From NCBI GenBank assembly GCA_003149345.1, contig QFWI01000019.1, forward strand, positions 61,397-125,396: a stretch of DNA of 64,000 nucleotides. The letters run 5' to 3'. The notes under the pieces are model-generated. The model saw nothing but the letters and a program-made list of their open reading frames with translations. It searched no databases and was not told the origin of the DNA. Below are positions 28,323-37,424 of this stretch, in pieces; position 1 is the stretch's first letter; every line of letters begins with the position of its first letter. Both the position numbers and the translations under genes were made by a program. The DNA is from Vampirovibrio chlorellavorus (lineage in GTDB: Bacteria; Cyanobacteriota; Vampirovibrionia; Vampirovibrionales; Vampirovibrionaceae).

Positions 28323-29672
28323 CTATTTGCCCACGCAAAATTGCTGGAACACACTGGTCAGAACCTCTTCGGTGGTGTCTCGGCCCATCAGTTCATCCAG
28401 CTTGCGCAAGGCTTCCGTCATGGGCATGGTCACCACATCCAAAGGCAGGGTGGATTGAATGGCCGCCTGGGCCTGCTTTAGACACTCTTCCACTTCAATG
28501 CAGCATTTAATCTGACGCTGGTTCAGCGACAGGGTCAAGCCGGTATCCTCATGGGAAAAGGCTCGAATTTTTTCTTGCAAGGCGGTGTAAATTTCATCCA
28601 TGCCCTCTCTGGTTTTGACGGACACGTAAATCCAGTTGGGGAAAGTCTTTTGACCGGCCCGTAATAAATCCTTCTTGTTGCCCACCACAATGGTGTTGCT
28701 GGCTTCCAGCTTGGTTAAAATCTGCATGTCGTAGCGCAGTAAGCCCACCGAGCAATCAATTAAATAAATCACAATCTGCGCTTCAGAGGCGGCCTGCCAA
28801 CTGCGCTGAATGCCCATCATCTCAATGCTGTGGTGGGTTTCCCGAATGCCCGCCGTGTCAATCAGGGTGATGGCAATGCCGTCGATGTCCAGCACCTCAG
28901 TGACCACATCGCGGGTGGTGCCCGCTTCAGCGGTTACAATGGAACGATCCCGGGCCAGCAGGGCATTGAATAACGAGGATTTCCCGGAGTTGGGCATGCC
29001 CAGCAAAGCCACTTTCAAGCCTTCCCGAACCATGCGATTGCGCTGGGCGCTTTCCTTCAACCGAGAAATGCCCGCCAGACACTCTTCCAGCTGATGGGCC
29101 AACACTTGCCGATCCGGCTCCTCCACTTCATCGGGGAAATCAATGCTGGCCACGATTTGGGCTTGCAAAGTCAACAGGCCCTGACTCATATCATCAATGT
29201 ACTTGCCCAGAGAGCGGTTTTTGAGATTGTTAGAGGCTTGGGAAATCAGACGTTCACTGCGAGACGAGATAAGATCCATGACCGATTCAGCCTGAGTCAA
29301 ATCCATTTTGCCATTGAGGTAGGCCCGCATGGTGAATTCGCCGGGCATGGCCACTCGGGCCCCATTTTTAACGCATAAATTCAGGATTTTATGGGAAATA
29401 ACATCGCCCCCGTGACAATGAATCTCGATGACATCTTCCCCGGTGTAGCTATGGGGGCCTTTGAAGGCCAACAACAGCACTTCATCCACAATATCGCCTT
29501 CATCGGCAATCCAGCCGTGGTAAAAACGACCCTGCTGGAACTTCAAATTTTTCTTGGAGAATAGCTCATAGGCGATACTCCAGGCCTCTTTGCCGCTAAT
29601 ACGGAGGACGGCCACACTGCCTTGGCCTCGGGCGGTGGCAATGGCGGCAATAGTACTTTCAGTGCTGATCAT
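28323..29672 (-). CDS. mnmE: tRNA modification GTPase MnmE
   Basis: 449 aa: TIAAIATA.G.GSVAVLRISG...GMPNSGKSSLFNAL...DTAGIRET...C-terminal FCVGK. Confidence 0.95.
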   Translation of the reverse strand: MISTESTIAAIATARGQGSVAVLRISGKEAWSIAYELFSKKNLKFQQGRFYHGWIADEGDIVDEVLLLAFKGPHSYTGEDVIEIHCHGGDVISHKILNLCVKNGARVAMPGEFTMRAYLNGKMDLTQAESVMDLISSRSERLISQASNNLKNRSLGKYIDDMSQGLLTLQAQIVASIDFPDEVEEPDRQVLAHQLEECLAGISRLKESAQRNRMVREGLKVALLGMPNSGKSSLFNALLARDRSIVTAEAGTTRDVVTEVLDIDGIAITLIDTAGIRETHHSIEMMGIQRSWQAASEAQIVIYLIDCSVGLLRYDMQILTKLEASNTIVVGNKKDLLRAGQKTFPNWIYVSVKTREGMDEIYTALQEKIRAFSHEDTGLTLSLNQRQIKCCIEVEECLKQAQAAIQSTLPLDVVTMPMTEALRKLDELMGRDTTEEVLTSVFQQFCVGK

Positions 29673-29798
29673 GATCGGTGTGTGGCTTTCTCGATTGATG
29701 GCATTGTCGGATCGCTGGGTATGAAAACAAACCGGGGGGCTTCCTTTAGGCTGTTACCAGTGTACTGTAATGACGCCTGCTACGGCAACTCTGCCTCT

Positions 29799-32414
29799 CT
29801 AAAACAAGCTCAGCTGGGGCGTTTCCAAAATCTCCTCTCGGGAAGCTTTTGCGCTGACCGCCGCCAGCTCCTTTCGCTGCATCTGGCTCAATATGGCTTC
29901 TGCCTTATGGATAATTTCCGTGGGCAAGCCAGCCATTTTGGCCACCTGAATACCGTAGCTTTTCTGGGCGGCTCCCGGCTCTACGGTGTGTAAAAACTCA
30001 ATTTCCCCGTCCGCTTCAGCCACACAAACCCGGTAATTGGCAATCTTGGGATAATTCTGCTCCAGGGTGTTCAGTTCGTGGTAGTGGGTGGCAAACAGGG
30101 TGCGGCAACCCACCCGTCGGGTCATATACTCGGACACGGCCCAGGCGATGGAGACTCCATCGTAGGTGCTGGTTCCCCGGCCCACTTCATCCAGCAATAC
30201 CAGGCTGCGGCGGGTAGCCCCGTGCAGGATTTGGGCCGTTTCATTCATTTCCACCATAAACGTGGATTGCCCGCTGGAGAGATCATCCACCGCGCCCACT
30301 CGGGTGTAAATACCATCCACCAGGCCAATGCGGGCGTAACTGGCTGGCACGAACGAACCCATTTGGGCCATTAAAATAATTTGAGCCACCTGTCGCATAT
30401 AAGTCGATTTCCCGGCCATGTTGGGGCCGGTAATAATCATCATCTGCGGGACTTGCAACGCCTCGGGATCGGCGGACATAGCCACGTTATTGGGCACAAA
30501 CCGTCCTAGCGGCAGGATTTTTTCCACCACTGGGTGGCGGCTTTGCTGCAAGTTAATTTCCAGAGAGTCATCCACATGCGGGCGCACGTAATTTTGCTCG
30601 ACGGCCACGGTGGCCAGCGATTGCAACACATCCAGCACGGCCACCCGTTGCGCCGAATCCGCTACAATCGGGGCGTAAGCCAGCAATTTTTGCCGCAAGT
30701 CCATAAATAAGTTGTATTCCAGCTCGTACTGGTTGCTCTGGGCGTCCAGCACCTGAGCTTCGTGGGTCTTTAAAATGTCGGTGGTGTAGCGTTCGGCGTT
30801 GGTTAAGGTTTGCTTCCGGTGATAATCAGCCGGTACGGCGCCGCTGTTGGCTCGGGTTACTTCAATAAAATAGCCAAAGGCACTGTTGAAAGAGACCTTC
30901 AGTGTTTTGACGCCGGTACGTTCCCGTTGCTCCTGCTCGTACTGAGCCAGCCAGGTTTCATGATTCCGCACCAATTCCCGCATCTGATCCAGTTGGGCGT
31001 GGTAACCGGTCTTGATGATGCCCCCTTCTTTCAAGTTCAGATTGGGGGTATCGTCGATGGCTTGCTCAATCAGGGCCATCATTTTGAACAATTCCGGCGG
31101 AAAGTCTTGCAGGCGGTTCAAATAAAAGCTTTCCAGGGGCTTGAGAAGGTTGGATAAATCCGGCAAGCGGGCAATGGAATGCTTGAGAGCAATTAAATCC
31201 CGAGGGCTGGCGCTGAAGTTGGCCACCTTGGTGCTGAGGCGCTCAATATCGTAAATATCAGGTAACAGGTGGCGCACGGATTCTCGGATATCGGCATGTC
31301 GCACCAGTTCTTCCACCCCATCCAGCCGGGATTCAATTTCCGGTAAATGGGTCAAGGGCTGGCTGATCCACTGGCGCAGCAGCCGGGCCCCCATGCTGGT
31401 ACAGGTCTGGTTGAGGACCCACAGCAGGCTGCCTTCGGTCTGGCCGCTTTTGGCTGTGGACAGTAATTCCAGATTGCGGCGGGCCGTGGTGTTCATGGTC
31501 ACGGTTTGCTGAAGCGAATACAGGCGGATTCCGTTGAAGACTGGCTGCTGATCCAGAAAATTCCGGTTGATGTAATAGCCAATGGTGCCAGCCGCCTGTA
31601 ACGCACAGGGACGATCTTCCAGCCCAAAGCCCTCCAGGGAGGCCACTTGAAAAAGCTCCAGCAGGCCCCGGCGGGTATCGGAAATCTGAAATGCCCCTTC
31701 CGGCAAAGGCGTACAGCGGTAGTTCTCACTGATTTCCGGGGGCACATCGGCAATAAAGCTGTCCAGTTCGTGGATAGAAGTGGCCTTGCGTTTGCGGCCT
31801 TTTACCAAAATTTCCACGGGCCGGATGCGATCCAGCTCGGACAGCAGCTCCAGAAAACTCAATTCGGTCACCCGGAATTCTCCGGTGGTGACATCGCAGT
31901 AGGCCAACCCGCAGGCTTGCTGCGATTGAATGTGGATGGCCGCCAGAAAGTTATTTTCCTCCGGGCGCAGCAGCGATTGTTCGGTAATGGTGCCGCTGGA
32001 AAGTACCCGCACCACTTGCCGTTTGACCAGGCCCTTGGCCTGGCTGGGATCTTCCATTTGCTCGCAAATGGCCACTTTTAAATTTTGAGCCAACAACTTG
32101 GTTAAATAGGCTTCTGCCGCTTTTACCGGAATACCGGCCATGGGAATACGACCGGCTTTTCCGGCGTCCCGTCCGGTCAGGGTAATTTCCAGCACCCGTG
32201 CGGTGATCAGGGCATCCTCAAAAAAAGTTTCGTAAAAATCCCCCATGCGGTAAAACAGGATAATGCCCGGGTATTCGGATTTAACCGTCAAGAATTGGCT
32301 GACCATGGGCGTTGCGCCCGCCGGATCCACCGACAGGGAGTGCAGGGTGTCGTAGTGGCCTTGTTTGCCAGTGGGCATTTTGGGGGTGTTTTCTGGGGAA
32401 GCAGGCTCTCTCAT
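29799..32414 (-). CDS. mutS: DNA mismatch repair protein MutS
   Basis: 871 aa: TPMVSQFLTVKSEYPGIILFYRMGDFYETFFEDA...ITGPNMAGKSTYMRQ...STFMVEMNETA...DEVGRGTSTYDG. Confidence 0.95.
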   Translation of the reverse strand: MREPASPENTPKMPTGKQGHYDTLHSLSVDPAGATPMVSQFLTVKSEYPGIILFYRMGDFYETFFEDALITARVLEITLTGRDAGKAGRIPMAGIPVKAAEAYLTKLLAQNLKVAICEQMEDPSQAKGLVKRQVVRVLSSGTITEQSLLRPEENNFLAAIHIQSQQACGLAYCDVTTGEFRVTELSFLELLSELDRIRPVEILVKGRKRKATSIHELDSFIADVPPEISENYRCTPLPEGAFQISDTRRGLLELFQVASLEGFGLEDRPCALQAAGTIGYYINRNFLDQQPVFNGIRLYSLQQTVTMNTTARRNLELLSTAKSGQTEGSLLWVLNQTCTSMGARLLRQWISQPLTHLPEIESRLDGVEELVRHADIRESVRHLLPDIYDIERLSTKVANFSASPRDLIALKHSIARLPDLSNLLKPLESFYLNRLQDFPPELFKMMALIEQAIDDTPNLNLKEGGIIKTGYHAQLDQMRELVRNHETWLAQYEQEQRERTGVKTLKVSFNSAFGYFIEVTRANSGAVPADYHRKQTLTNAERYTTDILKTHEAQVLDAQSNQYELEYNLFMDLRQKLLAYAPIVADSAQRVAVLDVLQSLATVAVEQNYVRPHVDDSLEINLQQSRHPVVEKILPLGRFVPNNVAMSADPEALQVPQMMIITGPNMAGKSTYMRQVAQIILMAQMGSFVPASYARIGLVDGIYTRVGAVDDLSSGQSTFMVEMNETAQILHGATRRSLVLLDEVGRGTSTYDGVSIAWAVSEYMTRRVGCRTLFATHYHELNTLEQNYPKIANYRVCVAEADGEIEFLHTVEPGAAQKSYGIQVAKMAGLPTEIIHKAEAILSQMQRKELAAVSAKASREEILETPQLSLF

Positions 32415-32495
32415 GGTTTGATTTTAGCAAGATTGCAGGCCAAAGTCTGGCCAGATTAAACACTGTAAATATGGGCTTGGGCAAGTCTTACCATG

Positions 32496-32528
32496 CAAAA
32501 AGCCAGACTGGAAACAGCCTGGCTTTTC
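32496..32528 (-). terminator. Rho-independent terminator downstream of skp
   Basis: On the minus strand, aaaagccag-g-ctg-tttc-cag-t-ctggcttttt: an interrupted stem with a tetraloop, followed by TTTTT. It lies 30 nt after the skp stop. Confidence 0.65.
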
Positions 32529-32556
32529 AAGGGAGCTTTGATTTTGAAGGCAGTGC

Positions 32557-33039
32557 CTACTTAACGTCCGGGATGCCTGCGTTTAATTTGGAAAGCACTT
32601 CATTAGTAATGTCGGTACCACCCACGAAGACGGACTGTTTGGCAATAATAACGGACAGGTTCTTGCTGCGGGCCACTTCTTCGATGGTCGTGGTCATAGC
32701 CGTTTCCAGACTTTTGGCTTTGGCGGCCTGGGTATCGCGGTATTCATTGACCTTGGCAGCCAGCTTGTCCTCCAGGCTTTTTTGTAATTGGTCTACAGCC
32801 ACGGGGTTATTGGGCTGTTTGGTTTTGGCTTCCCGAATTTGTTTGACGAATTCGGCTTGCATTTTTTCCAGATCGGCTTCTTTGGCCTTCATGTCATCGT
32901 TAAACATTTGGGCCTTGTTGTAAGAGCGGATCAGTTTTTCATAGTCGATGGTGCCAATGGTATCAGCCGCCTGAGCTGCCCGCAGGCTACCCAACCCAAT
33001 GACCAGAACGGAAAGGACAATCGTCAGGATACGTCTCAT
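32557..33039 (-). CDS. skp: Periplasmic chaperone OmpH/Skp family
   Basis: ORF 32557..33072 (TTG). The ATG at 33039 gives MRRILTIVLSVLVIGLGSLRAAQA followed by a K/E/Q-rich coiled coil typical of Skp. It is located directly downstream of bamA. Confidence 0.8.
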   Translation of the reverse strand: MRRILTIVLSVLVIGLGSLRAAQAADTIGTIDYEKLIRSYNKAQMFNDDMKAKEADLEKMQAEFVKQIREAKTKQPNNPVAVDQLQKSLEDKLAAKVNEYRDTQAAKAKSLETAMTTTIEEVARSKNLSVIIAKQSVFVGGTDITNEVLSKLNAGIPDVK

Positions 33040-33161
33040 GGATAATAAAAACTCCTTTGGACAAACAGACAAGCAATGGGTCGATTATTTCAGAAATTGC
33101 CACATTGAACAAGATGCAAAAGGCAGAGTCTTGTTCCTGGGCAATTTTGCGTTCGCACGGA

Positions 33162-35105
33162 CTAGAATTTCTCACCGACACCGAAGTTCCAGGGCCGGTT
33201 ATATTTGCTGCCGCCAGCAATGGGAATGGCGTAATCAATCCGAATGGGGCCAACGCCGGGCATATTCAAACGAATCCCGATACCGGTGGACATGCCTCGG
33301 CCAGTGCGGTTAAACACATTGTTGAAATTGGACTCGCCCAGAACGGTACCCGCATCCAGGAATGTGGCCAGGCTGAGAGTATTAAGCACCGGAATGTTTT
33401 TCATCTTGCCAATCATGGGCATTTTGGCTCGTAATTCCGCCGTACTTAGCAGGTAGCCGTTGCCAATCCCCAGACCGCCTTCCTGGAAGCCCCGCACCGA
33501 GTAGGCGCCGCCCATGCGGAACATGTTGAACTCGGGGATATCCCCCAACAGGGAATTCCCGCCCTGTGCGTTCAGGGCCAGGGTAATGCCTTCCCGGATT
33601 TTGATGTACTTTCTCAGGTTGGCGCTGACCAGGCCGTAGGAGTTGTTGCTCAGGCCGTAAGCGCCCGTTAGGGACACGGTGTTCAGCCAGCCGGACGTGG
33701 GGTTGAAGCGGTTGTTTCGGGTGTCAAAGGCCAGTGTGGGCGATAAGGACACAAAAGTGCCGCCTTTGAGCTGGTCTTTCCGGTCGGAACTGGAGATGCC
33801 GAATTCTCTTAAATCGTTGTTATTGGCAAAGTCCCGAATTCTAACATTTTCACCCCGCAGGCTCAGGCCCACGGAGGTGTTTTTGTACTTCATCAGGGGG
33901 GCGCCCCAGGCCACTTCGGTACCAATCCGGCGCTCAATCCCCAAGGGGATGTTGAAACTGGAGAAGTCGCGGCCATACAGGTTGGCGCTCAGCGAGTTGG
34001 CCGTGTTCATGAAGCTGGGATCGCTCCAGCCCACATCAAATTGGTACGTGCGGGCGCTGGCCTGGGTGTTGCGATCCCGGCCAATAATACCGCTACCCAC
34101 CGCAAAAATGGAGTTGACGTTTTGTCCCCGGCCCAGGAAGTTGGGGTCGCTGTAGCCCAGAGAGCCGAACAGACCGGTGTTGGTATCCACGCCGCCCCCT
34201 ACGGAAATGGAGCCGGTGCGCTTCTCATCCACCTCGATGGTGAGGTTGTATTTATCCGGGCTATCGGGCGAGGCGGTGATGACTCGGCGGACATCCGAGA
34301 AGGCCTGCGTGCCGAAGATGCGTTTCAGGTCATCGGCCAGTGCTTTTTCGTTGTAAACATCACCAACCTTGGAGGTCATCAGGCGCTTGATCACAAAGTC
34401 CTTGGTTTTGCGGTTACCCACAAACTGGACTTTATCAATAGTGCCCTCGTTGATTTTGAGGTTAATTACCCCGTCCGGGTCATCCTCAATGTTGGAAACC
34501 CGGGCCAGCACATAGCCTTTCTCGGCGTAGAGCTTTTCAACCTTTTCAATGCTTTCATTCAGCTGCCCGATATTCTGGGGCATACCGGTCTGTTTGGCGA
34601 AGATGGCCTGGAGTTCGCTGTCTTCGATGATGGAGTTGCCTTCAATGTGAACGCCGGTGACTGGTGCGTTTTCTTGCACCACAATGCGCAACACAATACC
34701 CTCACTGGTGGAAACGGGGACGGCCTTAATTTTTTCCGTGAAGTAGCCCATGTCGTAAATGCGGCGCAGGTCATCCTTCAGCGTGTTTTTGCTGTACAGG
34801 CTGCCGGGGCGCATAATCATGGAATCTTTGATTTTGTCCGACTGGATCAGTCGGTTTCCTTCAATACTGATTTTATTGATGGTCAGGCCCTGGTCATAGC
34901 GCTGATCGCGGGCAGCCCGCACTTCATCCGGGGCAAACTCGCTCAACGGGGTCGGCGTGCTTTCTTCGCTGGAAGTGATATCCCCGGCTGGGGCCAAAGC
35001 ATCCTGGGCCCAAGACTGGCTTACAGAAGTGGAAATGCCGATGGAAAGAGCCAACAATGCCAGCATTAGGGGTGGCTGATGAAGGGGGAGCAAACGGCTT
35101 TTCAA
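33162..35105 (-). CDS. bamA: Outer membrane protein assembly factor BamA (Omp85 family)
   Basis: 647 aa with a signal peptide, POTRA repeats (INKISIEGN..., VTGVHIEGN..., IDKVQFVGN...) and a C-terminal beta-barrel ending ...GGSKYNRPWNFGVGEKF (terminal aromatic residue). Confidence 0.9.
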   Translation of the reverse strand: MKSRLLPLHQPPLMLALLALSIGISTSVSQSWAQDALAPAGDITSSEESTPTPLSEFAPDEVRAARDQRYDQGLTINKISIEGNRLIQSDKIKDSMIMRPGSLYSKNTLKDDLRRIYDMGYFTEKIKAVPVSTSEGIVLRIVVQENAPVTGVHIEGNSIIEDSELQAIFAKQTGMPQNIGQLNESIEKVEKLYAEKGYVLARVSNIEDDPDGVINLKINEGTIDKVQFVGNRKTKDFVIKRLMTSKVGDVYNEKALADDLKRIFGTQAFSDVRRVITASPDSPDKYNLTIEVDEKRTGSISVGGGVDTNTGLFGSLGYSDPNFLGRGQNVNSIFAVGSGIIGRDRNTQASARTYQFDVGWSDPSFMNTANSLSANLYGRDFSSFNIPLGIERRIGTEVAWGAPLMKYKNTSVGLSLRGENVRIRDFANNNDLREFGISSSDRKDQLKGGTFVSLSPTLAFDTRNNRFNPTSGWLNTVSLTGAYGLSNNSYGLVSANLRKYIKIREGITLALNAQGGNSLLGDIPEFNMFRMGGAYSVRGFQEGGLGIGNGYLLSTAELRAKMPMIGKMKNIPVLNTLSLATFLDAGTVLGESNFNNVFNRTGRGMSTGIGIRLNMPGVGPIRIDYAIPIAGGSKYNRPWNFGVGEKF

Positions 35106-35371
35106 AACGTAAACCTCATGAGTTATGGTCTAAATGGTTGTAGTCTAAAAATTTTAGAGGACTCAAAAAATACCAGTCAGTTTGTGGGCATTTTCCCACA
35201 GATAACAAAATTCTCCCACAAGCAGATCATTTTGGGAAACAGAACGAAAGTCAAACCTGTTTGAAATCACACCTGTTTATTGGTTCGCCATGGCTGACCC
35301 TGAGATGGGTGATTTAACGGGATGCGCTATTAAAAACAGAATAGAAACCCCTTTTGCGTTTTAAGACAGCA

Positions 35372-36415
35372 TCAGGCCAATTCTTCACTCAAGTCAGCCT
35401 GTTCTTCAGCCGTCGGGGTCTTATAGTGTCCTTTCAGCAGTACCAGTCCGCCTATCAGCGATGTGCAGGTTGAGATAATGTCCCAGTAAACGGCAAAGGC
35501 CAAGGCGGTGTCAGGCTCAAGCCCGGCCTTGGTGAGTAGCAGCAAATAGGCGCCTTCCCGGACGCCAAAGCCGTTGAAGGCAATGGGTAAAACGCTGGCC
35601 AACGAAACCACACCGTAAACCACGGTCATATAAAAGGGATTGACTGAGGTGTGCAAGGCCTGGGCAATGAGCAAATGCATCACAATCATCATGGCATGCA
35701 CAAATAGAGAGATAGAAACGGACTTGGCCAACAAGCCCACATTGGCCCAGTAGACTTTGGCCTGATCCAGTAAGGCCAGCTTGGGGAAGCGCTGAATTAA
35801 GGCCTGTAACGGCACGAGCCACAGGCAAAAATAGCCCAGAATCAGCAGGCTGGACAAGCCGACCAGTAATACGCTGAGATCAAAGCTCAAAGGTTGCTGG
35901 ATAAGAGGCAGTTTGACCGGAATGGCCAAATGGGCGCCGTGGAGGGTTGGGCTCAGACAGACGGCGCTGGTCAGCAATAAAAGGGCTACCAGGCCCACAC
36001 CGCGCTCTGCTAGTAGAGTTAGCAGCGCTTCCCGCTTTTTTCGACCCGTGCTTTTGGCCAGATAATAGAGGCGCAAAACATCGCCCCCAATGGCCCCGGG
36101 TAAAAACAGGTTGAAAAACATGCCAATCAGGTAATAGTCGTAAAACTCCCGAAGGGCCAGCTTGAAATCCAGGGCGGCGCTTAAAAACTTCCAGCGATAG
36201 GCGCTAATGAGCTGGCCGACCAGATAAACCACCACCCCCACCGGGATAAACCACAAGTTGGCCTTGGATAATTTGTGCAGGATATTCTCCAGTCCGATGT
36301 GTTGCAGCAAAAAGCCCAGCAGCACCACGCTAATCAGGATTTTGAAGGCCTGTTTGGACGAGAACGAGGGCTTTGGTTTAGCGTGCGAGGGACTGGCCAA
36401 GGTGTGAGGGGTCAT
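35372..36415 (-). CDS. Flippase-like membrane protein (LPG-synthase-TM / UPF0104 family)
   Basis: ORF 35372..36505, with a plausible ATG at 36415 (MTPHTL...). The polytopic protein carries the family signature RWKFL...YYLIGMFFNLFLPGAIGGDVLRLYYL. Confidence 0.7.
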   Translation of the reverse strand: MTPHTLASPSHAKPKPSFSSKQAFKILISVVLLGFLLQHIGLENILHKLSKANLWFIPVGVVVYLVGQLISAYRWKFLSAALDFKLALREFYDYYLIGMFFNLFLPGAIGGDVLRLYYLAKSTGRKKREALLTLLAERGVGLVALLLLTSAVCLSPTLHGAHLAIPVKLPLIQQPLSFDLSVLLVGLSSLLILGYFCLWLVPLQALIQRFPKLALLDQAKVYWANVGLLAKSVSISLFVHAMMIVMHLLIAQALHTSVNPFYMTVVYGVVSLASVLPIAFNGFGVREGAYLLLLTKAGLEPDTALAFAVYWDIISTCTSLIGGLVLLKGHYKTPTAEEQADLSEELA

Positions 36416-37424
36416 GTTGAAGTGTTTCGTGCTGAATAACTTCGCGGACTTTGTAAATGGGCTTGTCCTGCGATTCAAAATAAGTACGGGCCTGAATCTC
36501 GGCAATCATACCGGTGCTGATGAGTTGAATGCCGGTTAAAAACATCAGCACACCCAGTAACAACAGGGGGCGGGTGCCAATATCGTGGCCAAATAGCAGT
36601 TTATCCACAACCAAGGAACCCAAAATCAGAGCGCCCACAAAGAAAAAGGCGAAACCGGCCCGACCAAACATGTGCAAGGGACGGGTCAGGAAGCGCTTGA
36701 GGAACAATACGGTCAGCAGATCCAGAATGACTTTAAATGTTCTGGATAGCCCGTACTTGCTGGTGCCCGCCACACGGGGGCGGTGATTGACGGGTACTTC
36801 TTTAATTACCGCGCCATCAATGCTGGCCAGGGCGGGAATAAAGCGGTGCATCTCACCATATAACGGCACCTCCTTGGCCACTTCCGCCCGGTACACTTTG
36901 AGGGAGCATCCGTAGTCGTGGATTTTAACCCCGGTGGAAGCCCCAATAATTCGGTTGGCAATCATGGAAGGCAGCTTGCGGGTTAAAGCCTTATCCTGAC
37001 GATGCTTGCGCCACCCACAGACGATATCCAGATTTTCCGCTTCCAGCAAGTCTATAATTTCAGGCACTTGGGCCGGATCGTTTTGCAAGTCGCCGTCCAG
37101 GGTGACAAAATACTTGCCTTGGGCGTACCGAAACCCGGCAGCCGTGGCGGCGGTTTGTCCAAAGTTGCGTTTCAGGCAAACCACCCGCAATTGAGGGAAT
37201 TCATCGCTTAAATGGCGCAACGCTTGCACCGTGCCATCTTTGGAACCATCATCCACCAGCACCATTTCAAAGGAGCGGTTCAGCCGGTAGCCGGTCTGGG
37301 CCACTTCCCGGATCAGGGCGTCTACGTTGTCCACTTCGTTGTAAACCGGGATAATGAAGGACACATCCACCGGATGGGTCGCTTGTCGCGAGGGGATACT
37401 GGAGAGAGGGTTCGCTGCGGTCAT
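36378..37424 (-). CDS. Family 2 glycosyltransferase, polyprenyl-phosphate sugar synthase type (ArnC/DPM1-like)
   Basis: 348 aa: VSFIIPVYNE...VLVDDGSKDGT...NFGQTAA...VTLDGDLQNDP, plus two C-terminal TM helices. It overlaps the upstream GT-C gene by 4 nt. Confidence 0.85.
   Translation of the reverse strand: MTAANPLSSIPSRQATHPVDVSFIIPVYNEVDNVDALIREVAQTGYRLNRSFEMVLVDDGSKDGTVQALRHLSDEFPQLRVVCLKRNFGQTAATAAGFRYAQGKYFVTLDGDLQNDPAQVPEIIDLLEAENLDIVCGWRKHRQDKALTRKLPSMIANRIIGASTGVKIHDYGCSLKVYRAEVAKEVPLYGEMHRFIPALASIDGAVIKEVPVNHRPRVAGTSKYGLSRTFKVILDLLTVLFLKRFLTRPLHMFGRAGFAFFFVGALILGSLVVDKLLFGHDIGTRPLLLLGVLMFLTGIQLISTGMIAEIQARTYFESQDKPIYKVREVIQHETLQHDPSHLGQSLAR

Noticed and set aside
34041-35069. 342-aa ORF on the plus strand
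   Set aside because: It is antisense to bamA and has a shadow-frame composition.
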